Shown: positions 1 through 7,900 of the stretch, in pieces
Layout of the letters: each line of letters opens with the position of its first letter
How positions within the stretch are numbered: position 1 is the stretch's first letter
Notes under the pieces: generated by a model
The model's database searches: none
Seen by the model: only the letters and a program-made list of their open reading frames with translations
What the model was told of the DNA's origin: nothing
Translations under genes and position numbers: made by a program
Virus record (IMG/VR): IMGVR_UViG_3300050195_000104
Coordinates: 1-24,801 of that record
Source of the DNA: a virus
Lineage: Duplodnaviria > Caudoviricetes
DNA length: 24,801 nt
Strand: one strand, 5' to 3'

Positions 1-2
1 CC

Positions 3-206
3 TCGGACGGCAGCCAGGTCGCGGTCGCGCTGTGCGCCATCCCGGCCGTCTACACCGCTGACGCCACCCCCGAGGTCATCGTCTCCGGCCAGTTCAACAT
101 CGAGGCCGTCACGTTCAACGCCTCGGTCACGACCGACGCCGCGAAGCTGGCCACGTTCCCGATCGGCTCGCAGATCGTCCTCAAGAAAACCGCATACGGA
201 GCCTGA
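3..206 (+). CDS. Head decoration protein (lambda gpD-like), 5'-truncated by the window edge
   Basis: Open frame SDGSQVAVALCAIPAVY...SGQFNIEAVTF...LKKTAYGA ending at TGA 204-206, directly before the major capsid gene. The DGSQ-A-A and G-FN motifs are typical of gpD-like proteins. Not in the ORF track. Confidence 0.75.
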   Translation, partial: SDGSQVAVALCAIPAVYTADATPEVIVSGQFNIEAVTFNASVTTDAAKLATFPIGSQIVLKKTAYGA

Positions 207-208
207 CC

Positions 209-1243
209 ATGAGCGTCGACATCTACGGTACCCACGTCCTCGCTGGCGTCATCCGCGAGTCCAAGCCCACCCTGCCGGGTTTCTGGCTGAACTTCGTCAC
301 CCGCGTCTACAACTCCGAGGTGGCCGAGATCCACTTCGACCGCGTGACGGGCCTGGCGCGCAAGGTCGCCCCCTACGTCATGCCGACCGTCGCGGGCAAG
401 GTGCAGCGCCACGGTGGCTTCCAGACCGAGAAGTTCACTCCCGCCTACGTGAAGATCAGCGACACGATCGACCCGAGTCGCACGCTGTCGCGCCGGCCCG
501 GCGAGCCCTACGGCGGCATGATGTCGCCGTCGCAGCGCCGCGACGCCCTGCTGGCCGAGTACCTGCAGGAACAGCGTGACGCCATCGAGCGCCGCTGGAA
601 CCTGATGGCCGCCGAGGTCATGCAGAACGGCACGCTGGTCATCGCGGGCGACGACTACCCGACCACGACCATCGACTTCGGTCGCGCCGCGAACCAGACC
701 GTCACCCTGCTGGCTGGCTCGCGCTGGACCGACTCCGGTGTGTCGGCCCTGGACAACCTCGAAGACTGGTCGGTGCGCGTGCAAGACGGCTGCAACTACC
801 CGGTCACCGACGTGGTCATGGGCACCTCGGCATGGCGCGCGTTCCGCAAGAACGGCGAGCTGAAAGACCTGCTGGATCTGCGCCGCGGTGGTGAGTCGCT
901 GGGTGGCCTCGACATCCTCCCCGGCAGTGGCAACCCGCTCCAGTACAAGGGCACGGACGGCACCAAGCAATACTGGGTGTACCGCGAGTCCTACGACATC
1001 AGCGAGACCCAGAGCGTCGAGATCATGGACCCGCGCGACGTGCTGCTGATCGCCGCTGACGGCCTGGGCTTGGTGCAAGCCTTCGGCGCCATCCTGGACG
1101 TGGACGTCCTGCAGCCCCTGCCGATTTTCACGAAGAGCTGGGTCGAGAACGAGCCATCGGCGCGCAAGCTGCTGTCGCAGTCCTCGCCGCTGATGATCCC
1201 GTCCCGCCCCAACGCCACCATGCGCGCCCGCGTCGTGGCCTGA
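209..1243 (+). CDS. Major capsid protein (lambda gpE family)
   Basis: 344 aa with gpE-like motifs (EIHFD, VAPYV-P, F-PAYVK, RRPGE, IDFGR, W...EPS...LLSQS-PL-IP-RPNA); follows the decoration gene. Confidence 0.93.
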   Translation: MSVDIYGTHVLAGVIRESKPTLPGFWLNFVTRVYNSEVAEIHFDRVTGLARKVAPYVMPTVAGKVQRHGGFQTEKFTPAYVKISDTIDPSRTLSRRPGEPYGGMMSPSQRRDALLAEYLQEQRDAIERRWNLMAAEVMQNGTLVIAGDDYPTTTIDFGRAANQTVTLLAGSRWTDSGVSALDNLEDWSVRVQDGCNYPVTDVVMGTSAWRAFRKNGELKDLLDLRRGGESLGGLDILPGSGNPLQYKGTDGTKQYWVYRESYDISETQSVEIMDPRDVLLIAADGLGLVQAFGAILDVDVLQPLPIFTKSWVENEPSARKLLSQSSPLMIPSRPNATMRARVVA

Positions 1244-1259
1244 CCCAAGGAGCACCTGA

Positions 1260-1439
1260 ATGGCTGAAATTGCCCCGAAGGTCGCTCCGGCGGCCCCCAA
1301 GCTGGTCGAGATGACCGCGATCCACGAAATCCACCACGCCAAGGGCATCACCGCCCCGGGCGGGAAGTTCTTCATTGACCCGGCCAATGCGGCCTGGCTG
1401 GTGGAGAACGGTGCCGCTTCTCCTGTGGACCCGGCCTGA
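1260..1439 (+). CDS. Small capsid-associated protein (gpFI-like position), 59 aa
   Basis: AAGGAG RBS at about 1247-1252; ATG 1260 gives MAEIAPKVAPAAPKLVEMTAIHEIHHAKG...AAWLVENGAASPVDPA, stop 1437-1439. Fills the gap between capsid and head-tail genes. Not in the ORF track. Confidence 0.75.
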   Translation: MAEIAPKVAPAAPKLVEMTAIHEIHHAKGITAPGGKFFIDPANAAWLVENGAASPVDPA

Positions 1440-1440
1440 G

Positions 1441-1773
1441 ATGGCCGGCTGGTCGGAACTCCGCGCCGCCGCCCGTGCCACTGTGCACGAGACGTTCGGC
1501 TTACCCGCGAGCTATTTGGCCCCAGGGGAAGGCGTTCCGGCCCTTTTGATCTCCGTGCGGTGGCACTACGGCGCGATTCGCCACGGAGACCTGAACCGCG
1601 ATGGCTATGCGCAGGTTCAGGAGGGCCAGCATCGACTGGTATTCGACACCCTCGAAGTCACGCCCGAGCGCAATGCCGTGGTGGCGGTTGAGGGTGTCGA
1701 ATACCTGGTTGACTTTCTCCACCCCGTCACCGGCAGGTTCCGGATGGCGGAAGTCGTGGCGCGCGGTCCATGA
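1441..1773 (+). CDS. Head-tail joining protein
   Basis: Start reassigned to ATG 1441 (MAGWSELRAAARATVHETFG), one base after the previous stop; ATGA overlap with the next gene; position and size fit. Confidence 0.75.
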   Translation: MAGWSELRAAARATVHETFGLPASYLAPGEGVPALLISVRWHYGAIRHGDLNRDGYAQVQEGQHRLVFDTLEVTPERNAVVAVEGVEYLVDFLHPVTGRFRMAEVVARGP

Positions 1774-2372
1774 TCCGCATCTCTTCCGCCGGCATCCAAG
1801 GCCTCGCCACGTTCGTGGCCCGCACGCCAGAGGTGGCCGCCGAGGCCGCCAAGCTCGCGGTGGGTGACGCCGCCGAGTGGGGGCGCAACCTCTCCAAGCG
1901 CGAGATGGCGTCCACCGTAAACCTGCCGGCCGACGCGCTGGCGGGGCGGCGCTTTCGCATCTCGCAGCGACCCACCACCCAGAACCCCGAGGCGGTCATC
2001 TCCGCTGACAACAACCCGCTCGGCCTGAGCCGGTTCGTGGTCAGCCAGAAGGACAGGGGCTCGGCACACCCCAAGGTACGCATCCTCGTTGGCGGCGCCA
2101 CCAAGTCGTTCAGCGACCCCGACACTAAGGGCTCCTACTCGTTCCTGATTCCCACCCCCGGTGGCGCGAATGGTGTCGGGCTGGCCCTGCGAACCAAGGG
2201 ACCGCTCCGGAACAGCCAGGCCGCACGCAAGATCGGGCGCGACCTCTACCTGCTGTCCGGCCCCAGCGTGAACCAGATGTTCGGGCAGCTCATGCCCACG
2301 ATCGTGCCCCGCGTCGAGGCCAAGTTGCAGACCGAGTTTGCTCGGCAGTACGAGAGGTTGATCCGTGGCTGA
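1770..2372 (+). CDS. Neck/tail completion protein (lambda gpZ-like)
   Basis: 200 aa, basic, with LSRF and LSGPSVNQMF motifs; coupled to both neighbours. Confidence 0.7.
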   Translation: MIRISSAGIQGLATFVARTPEVAAEAAKLAVGDAAEWGRNLSKREMASTVNLPADALAGRRFRISQRPTTQNPEAVISADNNPLGLSRFVVSQKDRGSAHPKVRILVGGATKSFSDPDTKGSYSFLIPTPGGANGVGLALRTKGPLRNSQAARKIGRDLYLLSGPSVNQMFGQLMPTIVPRVEAKLQTEFARQYERLIRG

Positions 2373-2883
2373 CCCGAAACGCCTGGTGCTGCTGAAGGCG
2401 ATCTGTGCGCACCTCGAAACGACCGTGCGGCGCTCGCGCGGCTACAACTTCGACTTGGACGGCCGGGTGTTCCGGGGCCGCACCGTCTTCGGCGACGACG
2501 AGCCCCTGCCGGCAGTGTCGATCCTGGACAGCCCGCAGCTCGACCGCGAAACCACGCCCGACAAGGCCGCGGGGTCTGTGCAGGTTGAGGACTACCCCCT
2601 GCTGGTTCAGGGCTGGGCGCCGGAGGACCGCACCAACCCGACCGACCCGGCGCACCTGCTGCTGGCGGACGTGAAAAAGGCGCTCGCCATGCTGATGGAC
2701 CCCCGCACGCCCGCCACGCACCGCATGCCTGTTCCGGGCGCCCCGGGCGGCCTGATGATCGCGAGCCGGATCAGCGGGGGCGTTGTTCGGCCCCCTGACG
2801 CGGTATCATGCAGGGCGTATTTCTTTCTTCCGTACACCGTCACGTTCAAAGAGAGCTTGGCGGACCCGTTCAAACTCGACTGA
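2365..2883 (+). CDS. Tail terminator-like protein
   Basis: 172 aa, GTG start; VFRGR..FG.DEPLP..SIL and NPTDPAH.LLADVKKAL motifs; directly upstream of the tail tube gene. Confidence 0.7.
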   Translation: MADPKRLVLLKAICAHLETTVRRSRGYNFDLDGRVFRGRTVFGDDEPLPAVSILDSPQLDRETTPDKAAGSVQVEDYPLLVQGWAPEDRTNPTDPAHLLLADVKKALAMLMDPRTPATHRMPVPGAPGGLMIASRISGGVVRPPDAVSCRAYFFLPYTVTFKESLADPFKLD

Positions 2884-2892
2884 GGAGCCAGC

Positions 2893-3657
2893 ATGGCCAT
2901 CACCCACACCGTCGCCGACAACATCACGCTGGGTCGTGGTCGGCTGTACTTCGCCCCCTTCATCGCCGGCACCACCACGCCGCAGGACTCCGAGCTGTAC
3001 CTGGGCAACACGCCGGGATGCTCGCTGACCGGCGAGGTCGAAAAGCTCGACCACTACACCGCCGACACCAAGGTCCGCTCCAAGGACCGCTCGATCGTCA
3101 TCGAGGCCAACTACAGCGGCACCCTGAGCACCGACAACATCTCGGTCGGCAACCTGGCCCGGTTCTTCATGGGCGAGTCGTCCAAGGTCACGGTCACCGC
3201 CGCCACCGCCAAGACGATCACGACCACCGGAACCCTGCCGGTGGACTCGGTCATCCAGCTCGGCCGCACCGCCGCCAACCCCGCTGGTGACCGCAACGTC
3301 ACCAACGTGGTCATCACCGGCAAGGTGCTGGGCACCGACTACGCCGTGGACCTGGCGCTCGGGCAGGTGCAAGTCCTGGTGGCCGGCCTCTTCGCTGGCA
3401 CCTACGACGTCTCGGCTTCGACGCGCGATCGCGTGGTCTCTGCCGGTGAGCAAGCCAAGGGCCTGCTGCACTTCGTCGCGGACAACCCGGAGGGCACGAA
3501 CCGCGATATCATCCTGCCGAGTGTCACGCTGGCCCCGAACGGCGACTTCGCCATCAAGGGCGACGGCACGGACTGGACCACGATGGAGTTCACGCTCGAA
3601 GTGCTGAAGAAGGACGCCGCCACCCCGGCGGTCATCATCGACGGCCGCGCGACCTGA
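2893..3657 (+). CDS. Major tail tube protein
   Basis: 254 aa; GAGGAG RBS; TLGRGRLYF, YLGNTP, LDHY, ADNPEG.NRD and L.PNGDFAIKGD..W motifs; strongly C/G-ending codons as expected for a highly expressed gene. Confidence 0.85.
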   Translation: MAITHTVADNITLGRGRLYFAPFIAGTTTPQDSELYLGNTPGCSLTGEVEKLDHYTADTKVRSKDRSIVIEANYSGTLSTDNISVGNLARFFMGESSKVTVTAATAKTITTTGTLPVDSVIQLGRTAANPAGDRNVTNVVITGKVLGTDYAVDLALGQVQVLVAGLFAGTYDVSASTRDRVVSAGEQAKGLLHFVADNPEGTNRDIILPSVTLAPNGDFAIKGDGTDWTTMEFTLEVLKKDAATPAVIIDGRAT

Positions 3658-3755
3658 TCTACGAAGGCTATCCCGAGCGGGTGAAAAAGGAAGCGCCGCC
3701 GGGGAAACCCGGTCCCACCTGGAGTGGGAGTCCTGAGAAGGTAGAGAACCCCGCA
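3658..3755 (+). ncRNA. Putative structured RNA of unknown class in the tail-tube 3' UTR
   Basis: Tandem hairpins CCGGG-GAAA-CCCGG (3699-3712), TCCCAC-CTGGA-GTGGGA (3713-3729) and CCT-GAGA-AGG (3732-3741); possible closing stem TCTA(C) 3658-3662 with (G)TAGA 3741-3745. Confidence 0.45.
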
Positions 3756-3760
3756 TGAAG

Positions 3761-3799
3761 AGCCCTCCCGCACCGCAAGGTGTCGGAGGGCTTCTTTTT
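3761..3799 (+). terminator. Rho-independent terminator
   Basis: AGCCCTCC-cg-CACC-GCAA-GGTG-tc-GGAGGGCT followed by TCTTTTT. Confidence 0.85.
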
Positions 3800-3841
3800 G
3801 TGCCACACTGCCGGCTACCACACCCACCGGAGAGCCGCAAA
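3798..3841 (+). promoter_or_regulatory. Accessory-gene leader: -10-like box plus hairpin enclosing the RBS
   Basis: TTGTGCCACACTG (3798-3810) is 11/13 identical to 9634-9646. TG-c-CGGCT (3809-3816) pairs with AGCCG-CA (3833-3839) around GGAG (3829-3832). Confidence 0.45.
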
Positions 3842-4336
3842 ATGGACACCCCCATCGAAACCGCAATCGTCGCCGCTGGCGCCAACGTCGCGCCGCGCAT
3901 CACGCCGGCCGACATCACCGCGAACATCGTCAGCGAGCATTACTTTACCGGCGCAGAAGGCATCGCTGGTGCCACGCTCAACGGCGACAACGCCGTGAAC
4001 CGGTTTCTGACTTGGCCCGTCCCTGCGGACGTCTACCCCGACGGATCCCCCGGAAAGCCGGGGCGAACCGGGACCAATCTGCTGACAGCCCATCAGGCGC
4101 GGGGCATGCTGGCCCACGTATCCGCCGCTGAGGCCCAAACCTCGTCGCTCGGCTTGCTGACCTTCTGCGTGCTGGTTCTGCGCAACGGCTTCACTGTCAC
4201 CGGCGAGAGCGCCTGCGCCTCGCCCGAGAACTTCAACGCCGAGATCGGCCGGCGCATCGCCCGCGAGAACGCTGTCGCCAAGATATGGCCCCTGATGGGC
4301 TACGAACTGCGCAGCAACATCGTCAAGGGAGCCTGA
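3842..4336 (+). CDS. Phage Gp49/Sf6 gp66 family protein (Phage_gp49_66) with an internal insertion; candidate nucleotide-signal sponge
   Basis: ATG 3842 after GGAGAG. APRITPADI..NI.SEHYFT and LTFCVLVLRNGFTVTGESACASPENFNAEIGRRIARENAVAKIWPLMGY are characteristic of the family. Confidence 0.85.
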   Translation: MDTPIETAIVAAGANVAPRITPADITANIVSEHYFTGAEGIAGATLNGDNAVNRFLTWPVPADVYPDGSPGKPGRTGTNLLTAHQARGMLAHVSAAEAQTSSLGLLTFCVLVLRNGFTVTGESACASPENFNAEIGRRIARENAVAKIWPLMGYELRSNIVKGA

Positions 4337-4337
4337 A

Positions 4338-4757
4338 ATGGCACTGAAAGACTTCACCGTTCCCCGCCGCACCCTGCAGGTCGGCGCCACCGAGGTGACC
4401 CTGCGTGGCCTCACCTTCGCCGATCTGGGCGTGCTGGTCGCCGAGCACCGCGACGAGTTCGTGGCCGCAGGCAACATCATCGGCGCCAGCAAGGACAACA
4501 TGGCGTCGCTGGCCTCGGTGCTGGCACAGGTTGCGCCGCGCATCGTCGCGCACGGCATCGCCCTCTCTGCCGACGAGCCGGAAGCGGCCGACGTGGTGGC
4601 CTCCCTGCCCGCTCCGGTGCAACTCGAAGCCCTGCTGATCGTGGGAGAGTTGACCTTCACCGATCCGGGCGCCGTCCCAAAATTCCTGGCCGGACTCGCA
4701 TCGCTCCTGCGGGCCGGCACGTCGGCAATGGGGCTGCGCCCGACCACGACCCCCTGA
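4338..4757 (+). CDS. Tail assembly chaperone (gpG analogue)
   Basis: 139 aa between the tail tube and tape measure genes; contains slippery site CCCAAAA at 4676-4682. Confidence 0.85.
   Translation: MALKDFTVPRRTLQVGATEVTLRGLTFADLGVLVAEHRDEFVAAGNIIGASKDNMASLASVLAQVAPRIVAHGIALSADEPEAADVVASLPAPVQLEALLIVGELTFTDPGAVPKFLAGLASLLRAGTSAMGLRPTTTP
4676..4718 (+). promoter_or_regulatory. Programmed -1 ribosomal frameshift signal
   Basis: In-frame C-CCA-AAA (X XXY YYZ), 6-nt spacer, then stem-loop GCCGG-a-CTCGCA/TGCGGG-CCGGC (4689-4718). Confidence 0.8.
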
Positions 4758-4993
4758 ACTGGCTGCTGGAGCAGCGCCGCATCGTCTCGTTCCTGTGGTC
4801 ACAAGGCCACCCCGAAGCGGCGCGCTATCCCCTCGGCATCCTCTGGTCAGAAGCTACAATCGCCCGGCAGCGAGAGAATGCGCAGCAGGCAACTCAGGCC
4901 GTGCTCATGCAGCAGGTCATCGCCACCGTGATGGGCGGCAAGGACGCTCACGCGGCTTTGCAGAAAACCCTGAAAGGACTGACCGATGGCTAG
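4676..4993 (+). CDS. Frameshift-extended tail chaperone segment (gpT analogue, -1 frame)
   Basis: The -1 frame is open from the slippery site to TAG 4991-4993: ...LNWLLEQRRIVSFLWSQGHPEAARYPLGILWSEA...LKGLTDG. It overlaps the tape measure start. Not in the ORF track. Confidence 0.8.
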   Translation, partial: PKIPGRTRIAPAGRHVGNGAAPDHDPLNWLLEQRRIVSFLWSQGHPEAARYPLGILWSEATIARQRENAQQATQAVLMQQVIATVMGGKDAHAALQKTLKGLTDG

Positions 4994-7900
4994 CCGCGGC
5001 GTAACGACGGACCTGGTGATCCGGGCGACGGAGATCAAGACGAAGCCCTTGGATGACCTGCTGGTCACCCTCGGGCGCCTCACCACCGCACTGAATGAAC
5101 TGGACGCCGAGGGCGGCCCGGCCTCGAAGAGCTTCCAGGAACTCACGAACGAGGCGCGGAAGTTCGAGGCGGTCGGTAATGAGTTGGCGGGCCGCCGCGC
5201 GCTGTTCGAGGTGTTCAAGCAGGCGAAGACCGGCGCGGATCTGGCGGGCAAGGCGCTCGCGGACGCCAAGCGCCGGCTTGAAGAGTTCAACGCCACCGCC
5301 CCGGCGCCCAAGACGCGCACCGACGCCCAGCGCGAAGAGTTCAAGGCGCTGGAGGCCGCGGTCAAGGCTGCGAACACCTCGTTCCGACAGGCTGACAAGG
5401 TGCTGGCCACGACCGAGGGCAAGCTGCAGCGCATTGGTGTCACCGCCGCCAACGTTGCCGACGAACTCGCCCGGCTGGTCGAGGCCGACGATCGCGCCGC
5501 CGCCGGCTTCACGCGCGCCACCCAGAACGCTCAGGGCTACCAGGAAGCCGTCCGGAACCAAGCCGCCGCGCTGAAGGCCAAGGCCGTCGCCGAGAAGGAA
5601 GCCGCAGCGGCCACCCAGACCGCCGCAGACGCCGCGCGGCGCGCGGAACAGGCCGAGCACGATCGGCTGGCCCTGCTGGAGCAGGTGGGCCGCGCCCAGC
5701 AGCGCACCCGCGGTCAAGAGCAACTGCAGGAAGAACTGCAGATCCTGGCCGCGCACGAAGCGGCGCTCAAACGCGATCGGGACGCCCAGCAGCAACGCGC
5801 CGACGCCATCGCCGCGACCACCAAGGCACTGGCCGCCCAGAAGGCCGCCGAGCGCGAGGCAGCAGTCAACCTGCGCGCCACCGGCATTGAGGCGCAGGAC
5901 GCCGCCACCGCCACGGGCAAGCTCGCCCAGGCCGCGCGTGAACTCGCGGGCACCTCCACCGCCAGCACCAAGGGCTTGGCGCAGGCCATCGGCGAGATCG
6001 TCGATCCGTCGCGCCGGGCCGCCCTGAGCATGTCAGAGGTGCAGCGCGAGCTGGCCGGGGTGATCGCGCGCCAGCGTGAGGCCGAGAACGCCTTCCACAT
6101 GACCGAGCCGGCGCTCAAGCAGTTGGCGGCGGACCACGAATTTCTCGCCCGCGCCCTGCGAGACACCGAGGCGCAGGCCGGGCTGATCGAGGGCTACCAG
6201 CGCGCTCAGAAGCAGTTCGCCGACACTGGCGCGGCGCTCGATCGTGCCCGCCAGGCCCTGGAGAAATACGCCGCCGAGGCTCGGGCGGCGGGCACCTCGG
6301 ACGCCGCGCTCGAAGCCGGCCTGCGCAAGCAGCGCGCCGAACTGGACGCCTTGCTCGCCGCGTACCAGCGCCAGGCGCAGGCCCTGAGCGCGATGGGCAC
6401 CAAGGCGCGGGACGCGGGGGTAGACCTGCGAGACCTCGCCACCGCGGAGAAGGCCGTCACGCAGCAGGCGCAGGCGCTGCGCAGCGCGATGGACGCCGCA
6501 AGCTCCAGCACTACCAAGCTCGGCCAGGCCACGGAGCAGGCGCGCGCGGCATCGGGCAAGTGGGGCGAGGAGCAGCGCACCGCCCTGAGCCTGACGCAGC
6601 GCATCCGCGGGCAGATCCTCTCGCTCACCGCGGCCTACGTGGGCTTGTTCGGAGTGCTGAACGAGGCGCGTGCTTCGCTTGATGCCGTCACCTCCCTGCA
6701 GGGGATCAACAACCGGCTGGAAGTGGCCTTCGGGAAGGACGCACCCGGGGAACTGGAGCGCATCCGCAAAGAGGCCGATCGGCTCGGTATTGGACTGCAG
6801 GGCGCCGCCGAAGGCTACAGCCGGTTTGCCATTGCGGCCCGCGCTGGCGGCGCCACGGCGGATGAGACGTTCTTCATCTTCAGCAAGTTCAGCGAAGTCA
6901 GCCGGGTGTTCAAGCTCGGGGCAGAGGAGCAGAAGCGCGTCTTCAAGGCCCTCGAACAGATGATGTCGAAGGGCAAGATCAGTGCGGAAGAGCTGACCCA
7001 GCAGCTTGGCGACTCCCTGCCCGGCGCGCTCGACAAGATGGCCAAGGCCATGAAGATGTCGCCGGCCGAACTGTTCAAGGCGATGGAAAAGGGGCAGGTC
7101 AGTTCGCGCAACCTGCTACTGCTGGCCCAGGAGTACGGAAATAGCGTTCGGGATCAGGTGGTGCCCGCGAGCAAGAGCTGGCAGTCCGAACTGCAGCGGC
7201 TGGAGACGGCGCTCTTCAACTTCCGATCAAAGGTGGGGGCTGGCGGATTTTCGGAGGAGATGGGCAAGCTCTCCCAGACCCTGAGCACTGCCCTGAGCAG
7301 CGAGGACGGCGCACGCGCGGCGCAGGCACTGAGCGATTCTTTTTCTGCGGTGGCGATGACGCTCTCGGCGCTGGTTCCGGTGGTCGTCGGCTTCGCCAGC
7401 ACGGTCGGCGGGGCCATCGAGTCGGTCAAGTCGTTCGCTGCGGGTGCGCTGGAGATGGGCAGGGCGTTCCAGGAGATGCGAGGGCTGGATCCGGCCGCTC
7501 CGGTTCTGACCTTGAACGAAGCCCTGCGGGAACTCGGGCGAGTGTTGGCGCAAGGAGCCCTGCTGGCCGGCGTGATGGTGCTGCTTCGCTTCGCAAGCGC
7601 CGCGGGCGCTGCGTACAAAGTGGTGAAGGCTTTCAGCGCGGCGCTGGTGGGTGCGGAGGGCCTGGCGGGGGCAATGGTGGTGGTCCGCGGCGGGGTGGTG
7701 GCTCTCACGGCCGCATGGGCGACGCTGAACACGGTATCTAGGGCGTTCATCCTGGTGGGCGTCTACGAGGTGTTCAACGCGATCGGTGACGCTGCCTACA
7801 AGTCCTCGGTGTTCGTGCGCCTGCTGGGCGCACAGATCGTCGGCGTAGGCGTCATCGCCGCAGGGCTGGCGACCGGCGGGATAGCGGGAGCCAAAGCCGC

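Noticed and set aside
50-1387. 445-aa minus-strand ORF, and other long antisense ORFs such as 2806..3927, 14928..16235 and 19311..21191
   Set aside because: Shadows of GC-rich + strand genes with strong codon bias; no recognisable motifs.
3666-3745. Resemblance of the intergenic RNA to a tRNA (TCCCGAGCGG..AAAGG D-arm-like), SAM-I (CTATC..GAG...GAAACCCGG) or TPP (CTGAGA) elements
   Set aside because: No TTCGA T-arm or 7-nt anticodon loop; the SAM-I GCAACC core and the ordered TPP second half are missing. Kept only as an unassigned structured RNA.
3755-3841. Upstream start for the Gp49 ORF given by the track
   Set aside because: It runs through the terminator; ATG 3842 has an SD and matches the family N-terminus.
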